From a bacterium (lineage in GTDB: Bacteria; Bacteroidota; Ignavibacteria; Kapaibacteriales; UBA7675): a stretch of DNA of 64,000 nucleotides. Under the pieces are notes generated by a model. It had not been told where the DNA came from and ran no database searches. It saw only the letters and a list, made by a program, of their open reading frames with translations. Positions 46,872 through 56,048 of the stretch are shown here, in pieces. Positions within the stretch are counted from its first letter, which is position 1; every line of letters starts with the position of its first letter. The stretch is from positions 40 through 64,039 of the forward strand of contig JAUIKM010000030.1 of NCBI GenBank assembly GCA_030430495.1. Direction: 5' to 3'. The translations under genes were made by a program, and so were the position numbers.

Positions 46872-47744
46872 ATGATGCAAACGCTTCAACGTGCTCTCGC
46901 GACTTTCGGCTGCGGCCTGGTCGTTCTTTTGTTCCTCTCCTTTATCAGCAACAGCGAGGCCGCTCCGGCCCGTCGCTGCAATCCGTCCGTCGGTAAACAG
47001 CGCGCACTTGAATACATTCAGTCCAACCGCCGCCTGGCCGAACTGGCCGGCATTGAGTTCCAGGCCAATATGAATTCGGACGAACTCGCTTCACATGCGG
47101 AGACCGACGGCGAAATCCTGACGGATGTCGACATAGCGTCAATGGATGACGATGCGGCCGAACTGGCGGCGCTGGAGGAAAGCGAAGAATTCGATCCGGC
47201 GCTGGACATCGACGCCTTCCGCGAGGACTGGCTGGCTTACATGGATGAAATTGAAGAGCAGGAAGACATCACCTCCTGCGGCATCGCCAAACGCGACCTG
47301 ATGAAAGCCATCGTCGGCTGGCTCGGCACGCGCTACCGCTTCGGCGGCACCAGCAAACGCGGCATCGACTGCTCGGCGTTTACGCAGTCCGTCTTCAACC
47401 AGGCGGCGCAGATCACGCTGCCGCGTACGGCGCGCTGGCAACATACCGTCGGCATGACGATTCAGGAGCAGGAAGACCTGCGCTACGGCGACCTGATTTT
47501 CTTCAACACGCGCCGCCGCGTCTACGTCTCGCACGTGGGTATTTACCTGGGCAACAACCTCTTTGCGCATTCCAGCTCGCGCTACGGCGTCACCGTATCC
47601 TCGCTCGAAAGCCCCTATTACAAAAGCCGCTTCATCGGCGGACGCCGCCTGACGGTGGACGACGTGGCCAGCCTCTCCCCGCTCTGGGACGAAAGCGGCG
47701 ATCAGGATCAACTCATGCCTTCGGACACACTCTCGGCCCACTGA
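46872..47744 (+). CDS. NlpC/P60 (C40) family peptidoglycan peptidase
   Basis: Signal peptide and an acidic linker. The catalytic region is GTRYRFGGTSKRGIDCSAFTQSVF...YVSHVGIYLGNNLFAHSSS. Confidence 0.85.
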   Translation: MMQTLQRALATFGCGLVVLLFLSFISNSEAAPARRCNPSVGKQRALEYIQSNRRLAELAGIEFQANMNSDELASHAETDGEILTDVDIASMDDDAAELAALEESEEFDPALDIDAFREDWLAYMDEIEEQEDITSCGIAKRDLMKAIVGWLGTRYRFGGTSKRGIDCSAFTQSVFNQAAQITLPRTARWQHTVGMTIQEQEDLRYGDLIFFNTRRRVYVSHVGIYLGNNLFAHSSSRYGVTVSSLESPYYKSRFIGGRRLTVDDVASLSPLWDESGDQDQLMPSDTLSAH

Positions 47745-47787
47745 GCCGCGGCAGGCGCATTTCAGCGCAAATCTGACTATATTCCAA

Positions 47788-47817
47788 AGCGCAATCCGGA
47801 CGGGTTGCGCTTTTTTG
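47788..47817 (+). terminator. Rho-independent terminator after the NlpC/P60 gene
   Basis: AGCGCAATCC-GGAC-GGGTTGCGCT followed by TTTTTGTT. Confidence 0.8.
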
Positions 47818-47951
47818 TTATACGAGTACGACGCAGCGCCTGAGGACGTAACGACCGCGCTGCGTCGGGTTTTCAGATCCGGGGCGGACGCGGAAATTCT
47901 ATCCGCCCGGCAACAGGACCAATTCGCGACCGACAGACCAACGGAACAGAC

Positions 47952-50156
47952 ATGATCCACGACAGCATACAGCGCTCGACCGCACTGTTCACTCTGACCT
48001 TTGCAACAGCCATTCTCTTGTTAACCACCGGGCTGGAAGCCGCAAACGACGGCCTGCCCGCGTCCCTGCGGGCCGAGGCGGCCTCGGCGGGAGAAGGCTC
48101 TTTAGTCGTTCAGCACACCTGTTCGCGAGCCTGCGCGCATGCCGTCGCGGCGGCGGACAGCAAGGGCGGCGGAGATCACATCCTGGGCGGAACCGCGGGC
48201 GATCGCGGCTACGACGTGCTCTCCTACGACCTCACGCTGAACTGGACGGACATCTTCACGGCGGAAACGCTGGACGTGGCCACGCGCCGCTACCACGCCG
48301 CAATCGACATCAAGCTGCTGTTCGGCGAGGCGGTTCCCGACACGCTGGTGCTGGACGCTCATCCGATGCTGAACATCGAAACCATTGAATTTGCCGGCAC
48401 GCAGGAAATGCTCGCATTTGTGCGGCCCGAAGACAGCGAGCTGCTGTGCATTCCGCTGCGGGACGCGGGGCTGGAAGCGGGCGAATCGATCGAGCTGCAC
48501 ATCGCATTTCAGCTGATGTTCGAGGACAATGACGTCGGCGGTTTTGTTCTCTACGACAAGGGATTCACGACGCTGGAGCGCATCGCCTACACGCTGAGCG
48601 CGCCCAACTTTGCGCCGCACTGGTTCCCCTGCAACGACAATCCGTCGGACAAGGCGCTGGTCTCCTTCTCCGTGCTCGTGCCGGCCGAAATCCAGGTGGC
48701 CTGCACCGGGCGGCGGGTCAGCGTCGAGCCGATGGACGACGCGGAAAACGTCTTTGAACATCGCTGGACGATGGACCGTCCGACGGCAACCTATCTGATG
48801 GCCGTGCAGGCTTCGCGCTACATCGTCAAAGAAGCCAGCGCAGCGCGGCCCGAAGATCCGGAAACGGACATTCCTCTGAGTTACTATCTGTGGAACGCCG
48901 ACTGGAACGGCGAGGTCTACAATGCCTCGACGACGCTGGAGCGCCTGCCGGACATGATCGGCCTGTTTTCCAACCAGTTCGGCGGGTATCCCTTCGAGAC
49001 CTACGGCGTCGCCATCGCCGAGCCTTTCACGTACGGCGCCATGGAAAATCAGACGATGGTCACGCTGGGGCGGACGGTGCTGCAGGGCGACGTCGGCACA
49101 GTGGCGCACGAGCTGCTGCACATGTGGATGGGCGATCACGTGACGCCCGCCACCTGGAGCGATATCTGGTTCAACGAGGGGGCGGCCACCTACGGCGAGG
49201 CGCTCTGGGCCGAGTATGCCGAAGACGTCGAAGCCTACCGCGCCGTGATGAACTCAAAACGCGGCTTTTACATGCGCCTGAACAACGACGGCCGCGGCCA
49301 GCCAGCGATCTGGCGCGAGATAGATCCCGACGACCGCAACGACATCTACAACTACGCCGTGACCTACAGCAAAGGCGCGTGGATTTACCACATGCTGCGC
49401 GGCGTCATGGGCGACGCGGCCTTTTTCGACGCCATGCGCTCGCTCGGCGACAGCTTCGGCGGCGGCAATATCACAACGGCGGAGTTTGTCGAGCTGATCA
49501 AAACACGTGCGGCGGCGCACAACCTGGACTACGACTTCGACCAATTTTTTGACCAGTGGATCTACATGCGCGGGCATCCGATCTACGCCGCCGGCGCACA
49601 GATTGTCCCCGGCGGAACGGAAAACACGCGCGTCATGCTGCGCGTGCGCCAGACGCAGGTGGGCAACGACATTCCGGAAGTTTTTACTATGCCGCTGACG
49701 GTCGAGTTCCGCGCCGGCGCACAGGTGGAACGCCGTCAGTTCTTCAACAACCAGCGCGACCAGAGCGAGTTCTTTGAGCTGCCCTTTGCGCCGGAAGAAA
49801 TGGAGCTGGACCCCGACGATGCGGTACTGAGCGTCAAACCCGACACGCGCGTGGTGACGGACGCGCCCGAAGAAGCGGCCTCCGGCGGCCAGGGACAGTT
49901 GTACATCACGCCCAATCCCGTGCACCCGGGCGAACTGCTGCACATCGAGATGGAGGCGCGGCCGGGAGCGGCGGTGACGTTGCGCCTCTACGATCTGCTG
50001 GGCAGCTGCCTGTTGAAACGCGAACTCGGCCGCATGCGCGGCGCGTCCGACGCTTTTGCGCTGCGCGTACCGGAGAGCACGCCGGGATTGTACATCGTCG
50101 GCCTGGACGTTAAGAACGGTCGGGAGCTGCGCCGCACGGTAATTGTCGGCGACTGA
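47952..50156 (+). CDS. M1-family zinc aminopeptidase with a T9SS C-terminal sorting domain
   Basis: GAMEN exopeptidase motif (YGAMENQT). HELLHMWMGD plus WFNEGAATYGE gives HExxH-x18-E. The C-terminus is LYITPNPVHPGELLHIEME...GLYIVGLDV. Confidence 0.88.
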   Translation: MIHDSIQRSTALFTLTFATAILLLTTGLEAANDGLPASLRAEAASAGEGSLVVQHTCSRACAHAVAAADSKGGGDHILGGTAGDRGYDVLSYDLTLNWTDIFTAETLDVATRRYHAAIDIKLLFGEAVPDTLVLDAHPMLNIETIEFAGTQEMLAFVRPEDSELLCIPLRDAGLEAGESIELHIAFQLMFEDNDVGGFVLYDKGFTTLERIAYTLSAPNFAPHWFPCNDNPSDKALVSFSVLVPAEIQVACTGRRVSVEPMDDAENVFEHRWTMDRPTATYLMAVQASRYIVKEASAARPEDPETDIPLSYYLWNADWNGEVYNASTTLERLPDMIGLFSNQFGGYPFETYGVAIAEPFTYGAMENQTMVTLGRTVLQGDVGTVAHELLHMWMGDHVTPATWSDIWFNEGAATYGEALWAEYAEDVEAYRAVMNSKRGFYMRLNNDGRGQPAIWREIDPDDRNDIYNYAVTYSKGAWIYHMLRGVMGDAAFFDAMRSLGDSFGGGNITTAEFVELIKTRAAAHNLDYDFDQFFDQWIYMRGHPIYAAGAQIVPGGTENTRVMLRVRQTQVGNDIPEVFTMPLTVEFRAGAQVERRQFFNNQRDQSEFFELPFAPEEMELDPDDAVLSVKPDTRVVTDAPEEAASGGQGQLYITPNPVHPGELLHIEMEARPGAAVTLRLYDLLGSCLLKRELGRMRGASDAFALRVPESTPGLYIVGLDVKNGRELRRTVIVGD

Positions 50157-50186
50157 GTTTACAACGCAGCATCTGTTTAAGTGCAG

Positions 50187-51788
50187 TTACTCGGCGAGTT
50201 CATCGCCTGGCGCCAGTCTGTCGGCAGCATGTCCGGCGGCCGTGTTTCCGGCGGACTCGTCTTTGCGTTCGGCGACTTTGGCCAGAAAGACTTCGCGCAG
50301 CGGTTTGCCGCTGATTTTACTTTCCACCCAGAATCTGATCTCTGTTAACCCAAGCGGCGCGCGGCCTTCCAGGCCTTCTTCGAGGGCGACCAGGGCCGCG
50401 TCGAATTGTTTGAATATTTCGAGCGCCGCCGCGCCGTTGTGTCTGTCGCGCAGGCGGTTGATGTACTTCAATACTATCATTTCAAACTCGTAGGCGGCGG
50501 GCTGGCCTTTGAAGTAGCGGTAGGCGGAGCGGCGGCGCGATTCCAGCAGATCAATCTTCTGCAGTTCGTAGTGCACCACCGGCGAGAGTATGCGCGCAAA
50601 GGCTTCGATGTCGCGCCGCACGGAGGCGGAGTTGATACTCGTCAGAGCCATCAGACAGTTTTCCGTCGCGGCAAAATCACCGGTCACAAAATGAAACACC
50701 GTTATGTTTAACTGTAGCGTCATCAGACGCGACAGGGGAATCTCTGCGCCGAATTGTTCGATGCCGACCTGTATTTCGGCCAGGATATCGCGACAGCGGT
50801 CGAGGTAGCCGTTCTGCAGGTAGTAGTGAAATTCGGCATACAGGACACTTGAAACGTGTTTAACCCGATCCGCACGCGACAGGATCGGCAGGGCTTTGAT
50901 TTTTTGCAGCGTCGGTTCAAACATGTCGAACTTTTCAGCGGCGATGCAACAGGAAAACAGGTTTAACAGATCAGCCTTGTATTTAATCAGACTTGTGTGG
51001 CTGTCGTCTTCATTGCCGTCCCACAGGTCGAGCAGTTTCAGGCGGTATTCATATGCTTCGTCCGGTTTGTCCTGCAGCAGCGCCGCGTCGGCCTTCAGAC
51101 GACAGAACAACATGCGCGAATTGACGGTGGGCGCCTGATCGATGTCCTGCATCAGCGGGTCGGCCAGAATCTGCTGCACTTCGCGCTGCAGTTCGGGATC
51201 GCGGGTATCGAGTGACCGCTCGAACAATTCCGCCACCTGCTGGCGCAGACGGACATAACCGAGTTCGCTGTTAACGGCCATCAGGGTCTCGCGTTGCAGG
51301 CGCAGCAACTCGGACATCTCTTCGTCGTCCCCGTCGATATTGTATGAAACCACGAGGTCGCGCCGCATTTCGGTCACGCAGAGCAGCAGAGTCAGCTGGC
51401 TGCTTTCGTGCGCCAGGCTGGTCGCTTTTTTGAGGTATTTACGCGCCACGTCTCGCACGCCGCGATCGTTGAGGAAACGCGCGGCAAACATGTTCTCGGC
51501 AATCTGTGAAAGGTAGTGGTCGCGCGCGTGCAGGTCGTGCATGCTCTGCACGATGGCATTGGTCAGTTGAAGGTTAACAGTAGCCAAATGTCGTACAAAA
51601 CTTTCATCTTTTAGGGCCCTGAGCAATCGCACTTCGTCAAAACTCTTCAGGGAGTCATAAACCTCAAACAGGCGCAACAGGTTGTTTGATCCCTGTTTCG
51701 AGTAGCGCGCAACACCCAACTTGAAATGGCGCTTTTCCGCCTTGGTCATCGATTTGATCAGGCGGTGGAGCTCCGTTGATCTTGACAT
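50187..51788 (-). CDS. Hypothetical all-helical (TPR-like) protein
   Basis: 533-aa ORF with a clean start (MSRSTELHRLIKSMTKAEKRHFKL). No motif I can assign. The predicted helical repeat character is judged from composition only. Confidence 0.6.
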   Translation of the reverse strand: MSRSTELHRLIKSMTKAEKRHFKLGVARYSKQGSNNLLRLFEVYDSLKSFDEVRLLRALKDESFVRHLATVNLQLTNAIVQSMHDLHARDHYLSQIAENMFAARFLNDRGVRDVARKYLKKATSLAHESSQLTLLLCVTEMRRDLVVSYNIDGDDEEMSELLRLQRETLMAVNSELGYVRLRQQVAELFERSLDTRDPELQREVQQILADPLMQDIDQAPTVNSRMLFCRLKADAALLQDKPDEAYEYRLKLLDLWDGNEDDSHTSLIKYKADLLNLFSCCIAAEKFDMFEPTLQKIKALPILSRADRVKHVSSVLYAEFHYYLQNGYLDRCRDILAEIQVGIEQFGAEIPLSRLMTLQLNITVFHFVTGDFAATENCLMALTSINSASVRRDIEAFARILSPVVHYELQKIDLLESRRRSAYRYFKGQPAAYEFEMIVLKYINRLRDRHNGAAALEIFKQFDAALVALEEGLEGRAPLGLTEIRFWVESKISGKPLREVFLAKVAERKDESAGNTAAGHAADRLAPGDELAE

Positions 51789-52111
51789 AATCTAACGCCC
51801 TGCAAACCGCATCCCCGGCGGTTCGCCATCGGATAATAGTACTTCCTGCGAACGTCCCCTGTTCGAACCACAAATATAAGCCTTTACAGATCAATTGTTT
51901 GGCGAATTTCCAAAAAAGCCCGCAGGCGCTGAATCCAACTGAATCTTTCAAAATTGGACAGAAAAAGGTTGGAACGGCCGGTCTTTTTTCTCGTCATTTG
52001 AAGCAAAGTCGTAGGAAGCCCGGCTCGCGGGCGGATTTGAGAGGGAGAACATACTTAGTAAATGCCGGAGCCTGGATCCGGTTCGTTTGTGGGAAATCAG
52101 GGGAGAATAGC

Positions 52112-52444
52112 ATGAGTACTAATTGGCAGGAATTGACCAGTGGTGTAAGCGCCGCCGGCTCAATCAGCACGGCGCCGGCAGCCGGTGGTGGAACTATCAA
52201 AGTCGCCGGAATTCAGATTTCGATCGGACAGGAGACCGCATCTTTTACGTTCACGGCCAGCGGCTCGTCCGCGGTCAACGTGTTGCAAATGTTCGCGGCG
52301 TCATCAAACGGCGTCAGCGCAGCGATTGCAATTACCCGGATAGACTATCCGAACAATGAAGCGAATATCTATTACAGCATCGGTTCGACCGGCAATCAGC
52401 CCGCCAGTTGGACGCTGGGAACGATCGATCTGGAGAACAGTTAA
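52112..52444 (+). CDS. Hypothetical small Ser/Ala/Gly-rich protein
   Basis: 110 aa from ATG 52112, preceded by AGGGGAG. No signal peptide or TM segment. Followed by a strong hairpin. Confidence 0.45.
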   Translation: MSTNWQELTSGVSAAGSISTAPAAGGGTIKVAGIQISIGQETASFTFTASGSSAVNVLQMFAASSNGVSAAIAITRIDYPNNEANIYYSIGSTGNQPASWTLGTIDLENS

Positions 52445-52447
52445 CGT

Positions 52448-52500
52448 CCTCTTGTCAGTGAGCACGGGCATGGCGCGAGTCCGTGCTCACTGACGAAGAG
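52448..52500. other. Long perfect hairpin after the small ORF
   Basis: TCAGTGAGCACGG (52455-52467) pairs with CCGTGCTCACTGA (52481-52493) and is extendable by CTCTTG/CGAAGAG. There is no clear U tract. Confidence 0.7.
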
Positions 52501-52958
52501 TTGAAATCGCCACTGACAGCAAATGCGCCGCGGGTTCACTTTCTTTGACATAATAACTCGTCGTGCCGCCGGATTCCGCCGGTGCGGCAAGCAAGCAGAA
52601 CCAATACAGTGTTGCGGGTGCGGCCTTTCGCAAAGAAGGACATGGAGCGAAGGAGCTATCGGCACTCGATTTCCACAGGCCGGTTCGGGCGTCATTCGTC
52701 GCGTGCTATGGAGCACTCCCCTACTATTGGCGCCGCTCGATTCGCGTTGAAGGCCGCGGATTGAGGAACGGAAGGCTCTGACTGGAAACCCGGGAATCGA
52801 TTTGTGCGGAGGCCGAATCCGCACACTGTAGTAAATGTGTAATCAGGTACGGCGCCGTACCCGGCTTTCGGTGCACGAAGCCGGATCGGCAAGTACAAAG
52901 GCGGGCATATGTGTGTGATATGCCGGCCTCGAAGTCCGCCGCTTGGAATCGAAACAAC

Positions 52959-53001
52959 AGAAGCCCCAAATCAGCAATTTTCGTTGCGATTTGGGGCTTC
53001 T
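52959..53001 (-). terminator. Terminator hairpin downstream of tRNA-Ala (usable on both strands)
   Basis: 14-bp stem AGAAGCCCCAAATC / GATTTGGGGCTTCT. GTTGTTTCG follows on the minus strand and GTGTTTGTG follows on the plus strand. Confidence 0.75.
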
Positions 53002-53008
53002 GTGTTTG

Positions 53009-53081
<73 letters not shown>

Positions 53082-53127
53082 ATTGTAAAGCGCAAATTTA
53101 CCACTTTCAGCTTTAGCCCGCAAACTC

Positions 53128-54054
53128 TCACGGTTTCAAGGGCAGAATTTCCAGCTCCACCGCGGCCGTGACGTGCGGAATGCGGCGGCGCGCCTCCGCC
53201 AGATGCTGCATCCCATCGCGGTAGCGCGTGCTGAAATGCGTCAGGACCAACTGTTTGACGCCGGCGCGCTCGGCGATTTCGGCCGCCGCCGCCGCCGTCA
53301 TGTGGCGCGTGTGCGCCGCCCGCTCGGCGTATTTGGCGGTGAATGTCGCCTCGCAGACAAACACGTCGGCATCGCGCGCTATCTCTGCGAGCGCCTCGCA
53401 CGGCGCCGTGTCGCCGCTGTACGCAAAAACTGTCGGCGGGTGCGGGGCCAGCAAAAAATCCTCAAGGAAAATGTCGGAGCCGTCGGCAAGCGTCAGGCGT
53501 CCCTCGCGCCGCAAACGACCAACCTGCACGCCCTCCTCCACGCCGCGCGCCTCCAGCGCCTCAATGTCGATGCGCGGCTGTGAAGCCATGCTGCATCGGA
53601 AAGCAAACGCCGGAACGCGGTGATCGACCGGAGCCGCGAATACGCGCATGTCACCGGAGCAGAAGACCTCGACGGGCGACGCCGCCGCGCCGACGGACGG
53701 ACAGTCGATGCATTTGAGTTCAAATTCCACGCTGACGCCCAGGGTTGTGAGCGAATCACGCAGCCAGATGTTGACTTCGGGCGGAGCCACAACGGTCAGC
53801 GGGTCGCTGCGGCGGTCGCTGGAAAAGGCGGCCACGAGGCCCAGCAGTCCCAGGCAGTGATCGGCGTGGCGATGCGTGATAAAAACGGCCGACACCGCGC
53901 CGCGACGGATGGACGCGCGCTGTAGCTGCAGAACGCTGCCCTCGCCGCAGTCGAACAGCAGCACCTCGCCGGGGGCGATTAATGCCACGGCTGCCGGATG
54001 ACGATTGTTGTAGGGGGCCGCACCGGCCCGGTTGCCCAGAACGCAGTAATTCAT
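53128..54054 (-). CDS. rnz: Ribonuclease Z (MBL-fold tRNA 3' endonuclease)
   Basis: 308 aa from ATG 54054. Metallo-beta-lactamase motif ITHRHADHCLGL. The C-terminal LVLTHFSTRY motif is typical of RNase Z. Confidence 0.8.
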   Translation of the reverse strand: MNYCVLGNRAGAAPYNNRHPAAVALIAPGEVLLFDCGEGSVLQLQRASIRRGAVSAVFITHRHADHCLGLLGLVAAFSSDRRSDPLTVVAPPEVNIWLRDSLTTLGVSVEFELKCIDCPSVGAAASPVEVFCSGDMRVFAAPVDHRVPAFAFRCSMASQPRIDIEALEARGVEEGVQVGRLRREGRLTLADGSDIFLEDFLLAPHPPTVFAYSGDTAPCEALAEIARDADVFVCEATFTAKYAERAAHTRHMTAAAAAEIAERAGVKQLVLTHFSTRYRDGMQHLAEARRRIPHVTAAVELEILPLKP

Positions 54055-54226
54055 AGTGTTTGAGCGTAATACGATGTTCGACGGGAATTCGTGCAGCGCC
54101 GGACTCTGCCGCACATCCTGCCGTCCGGCCGCACAAAAACGCTATCTTGACAAAAACACAGGCCTGAGTTCCGGCGAGGACGGAACGCCGGCGTACATTT
54201 CAGCACAACCGCAATAAGCCAATTTC

Positions 54227-55687
54227 ATGTCCGATCAACAAACCGGATCACTCGATTTCAGCCGCATCGGGCTGGCAGCCGGCGCGGCGGCATTTGTCAC
54301 TATGTTGTTGCTTCCCGCACCGACTGGACTGGAAAACGAGGCCTGGCGCACCGCGGCCGTGGCTCTGCTGATGGCCGTGTGGTGGATGACGGAGGCGCTG
54401 CCGATCCCGGCCACCTCGCTGCTGCCGATCGTACTTTTTCCGCTGCTGGGAATCGGCGACATCAAATCGGCGGCGGCGCCCTACGCGCACGACCTGATTT
54501 TCCTGTTCCTGGGCGGTTTTTTACTGGCGCTGGCCATGGAGCGCTGGAACCTGCACCGGCGCACGGCGCTGCTGATCCTGAGCGCGGTGGGCTCCAAACC
54601 GACGGCCCTGATCGGCGGGGTGATGCTCGCGTCCGCCCTGCTCAGCATGTGGGTCAGCAATACGGCCACGGCCCTGATGCTGACGCCGATCGCCGTTTCG
54701 CTGCTGGCGGGCGTCGGCGGGGCAATGCAACCAAAGGCGCGGTTGCAGTTCGGCGCGGCGCTGATGCTGGCGGTGGCCTACGGCGCAAATATCGGCGGAG
54801 TGGCCACGCCGATCGGCACGCCGCCCAACGGCGTGCTCGTCGGTTTCCTGCAGAACACCTACGACATCCAGATCGGTTTCGCGCAGTGGATGCTCTTCGG
54901 CGTGCCGCTGGTACTCGTCGCCCTGCCGCTCGTGTTCCTGATGTTGACGCGCGTCATATGGCGTATGGACGACGCCGGCGCAGCCGACGGCGGCAACATT
55001 ATTGAACGCGAGCTTGAGAATCTGGGCCCGTTCAACATCCGCGAAGCTTTTGTGACGGCCGTATTTGGACTTACGGCGCTCGGCTGGATACTGCGGCCGG
55101 ATGTGCTGCAGCCGCTGGCCGACAGCCTGGGCGCGCAGCTGAGCGACGCGGGCATCGCGGTGACGGCGGGCGTTGCGCTGTTTATCATTCCCGCGCCGGG
55201 CCGCAAGGGCGCCGCATTGATGAACTGGGAATGGGCGGTCAAACTGCCCTGGGGCATTCTGCTGCTCTTCGGCGGCGGTTTAAGTCTGGCGGCGGCCATC
55301 AAGGAAACCGGCCTGGCCGACTGGATCGGCGCGGGTCTCTACGGCGTGGCCGAATTGCCCGTGATTGTATTGGTTCTGATCGTGGCGGTTTTACTGGTCT
55401 TTTTAACGGAAATTACGAGCAACACGGCTACGACAAACGCACTGGTGCCGATTACCGCCGCACTGGCCGTCTCGGCCGGACAGGACCCGACGATGTTGTC
55501 GGCCTGCGCCGCTCTGGGCGCGAGCTGTGCGTTCATGCTGCCCGTGGCGACGCCGCCGAATGCCGTGGTCTACGGCAGCGGCGAGGTCTCGATGGCGCAG
55601 ATGATCCGCGCTGGCCTTTACGTTAACTTTTTGATGATCGCGGTCATTGTGTTGTTTGTGTATTTTTTACTTCCGGTTGTACTTTAG
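54227..55687 (+). CDS. DASS/SLC13 family divalent anion:Na+ symporter
   Basis: 486 aa, polytopic. Duplicated SNT hairpin motifs (WVSNTATALMLTPI and ITSNTATTNALVPI). Confidence 0.82.
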   Translation: MSDQQTGSLDFSRIGLAAGAAAFVTMLLLPAPTGLENEAWRTAAVALLMAVWWMTEALPIPATSLLPIVLFPLLGIGDIKSAAAPYAHDLIFLFLGGFLLALAMERWNLHRRTALLILSAVGSKPTALIGGVMLASALLSMWVSNTATALMLTPIAVSLLAGVGGAMQPKARLQFGAALMLAVAYGANIGGVATPIGTPPNGVLVGFLQNTYDIQIGFAQWMLFGVPLVLVALPLVFLMLTRVIWRMDDAGAADGGNIIERELENLGPFNIREAFVTAVFGLTALGWILRPDVLQPLADSLGAQLSDAGIAVTAGVALFIIPAPGRKGAALMNWEWAVKLPWGILLLFGGGLSLAAAIKETGLADWIGAGLYGVAELPVIVLVLIVAVLLVFLTEITSNTATTNALVPITAALAVSAGQDPTMLSACAALGASCAFMLPVATPPNAVVYGSGEVSMAQMIRAGLYVNFLMIAVIVLFVYFLLPVVL

Positions 55688-55749
55688 ACTGCTTTGTTTA
55701 ACGGCGGACTGCGCGCGGTTGTTTGCGGCATTGCGCTGTCGGCCCGGCG

Positions 55750-55972
55750 ACTTCACTTGTGGCTTGAGGGCTTGAGCGCTTCGCCGCTTATTGCGGCTTG
55801 CTTGTTCTTTTTGTTTGTCGGCGCGTTTACCGTGCGGCGGCATTGCGGCTGTCGGACGCAGTTGTGCGGGACGGACTGAAGGACTTGAGACGTGAAACCC
55901 GGTGGTTAACAAAAGAATCAGAAGAGCCTGAGATGCGCGGAAGGCGCAGCTCAAAGCGATCATGCCCGCCGG
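55750..55972 (+). repeat. Dispersed repeat family 2, copy E4 (both blocks)
   Basis: Block 1 is CTTGAGCGCTTCGCCGCTTATTGCGGCTTGCTTGTTCTTTTTGTTTGTCGGC. Block 2 is AACAAAAGAATCAGAAGAGCCTGAGATGCGCG...GCAGCTCAAAGCGATC. The AT-rich cores of the two blocks are inverted repeats of each other. Confidence 0.7.
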
Positions 55973-56048
55973 AAAGTCGGACAATAAAAAACGCCGCCCC
56001 GCACAGATCGGGACGGCGTTGATTTGTTCAACAACAGCGCGGCGGCTG

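Noticed and set aside
52847-52890. RNase P RNA, suggested by ACCCGGCTTTCGG (like the P4 3' strand ACCCGGCUUAUCGG), GAAAGCCGGG (like the P4 5' strand) and GGTACGGCGCCGTACC (like the M1 GGUACGGCCCGUAC)
   Set aside because: Both P4-like strands belong to one local hairpin (CCGGCTTTCG-GTGCA-CGAAGCCGG) rather than a long-range helix. The GAGGAAAGUCCGGGC box, the specificity-domain motifs and the correct 5'-to-3' order are absent on either strand.
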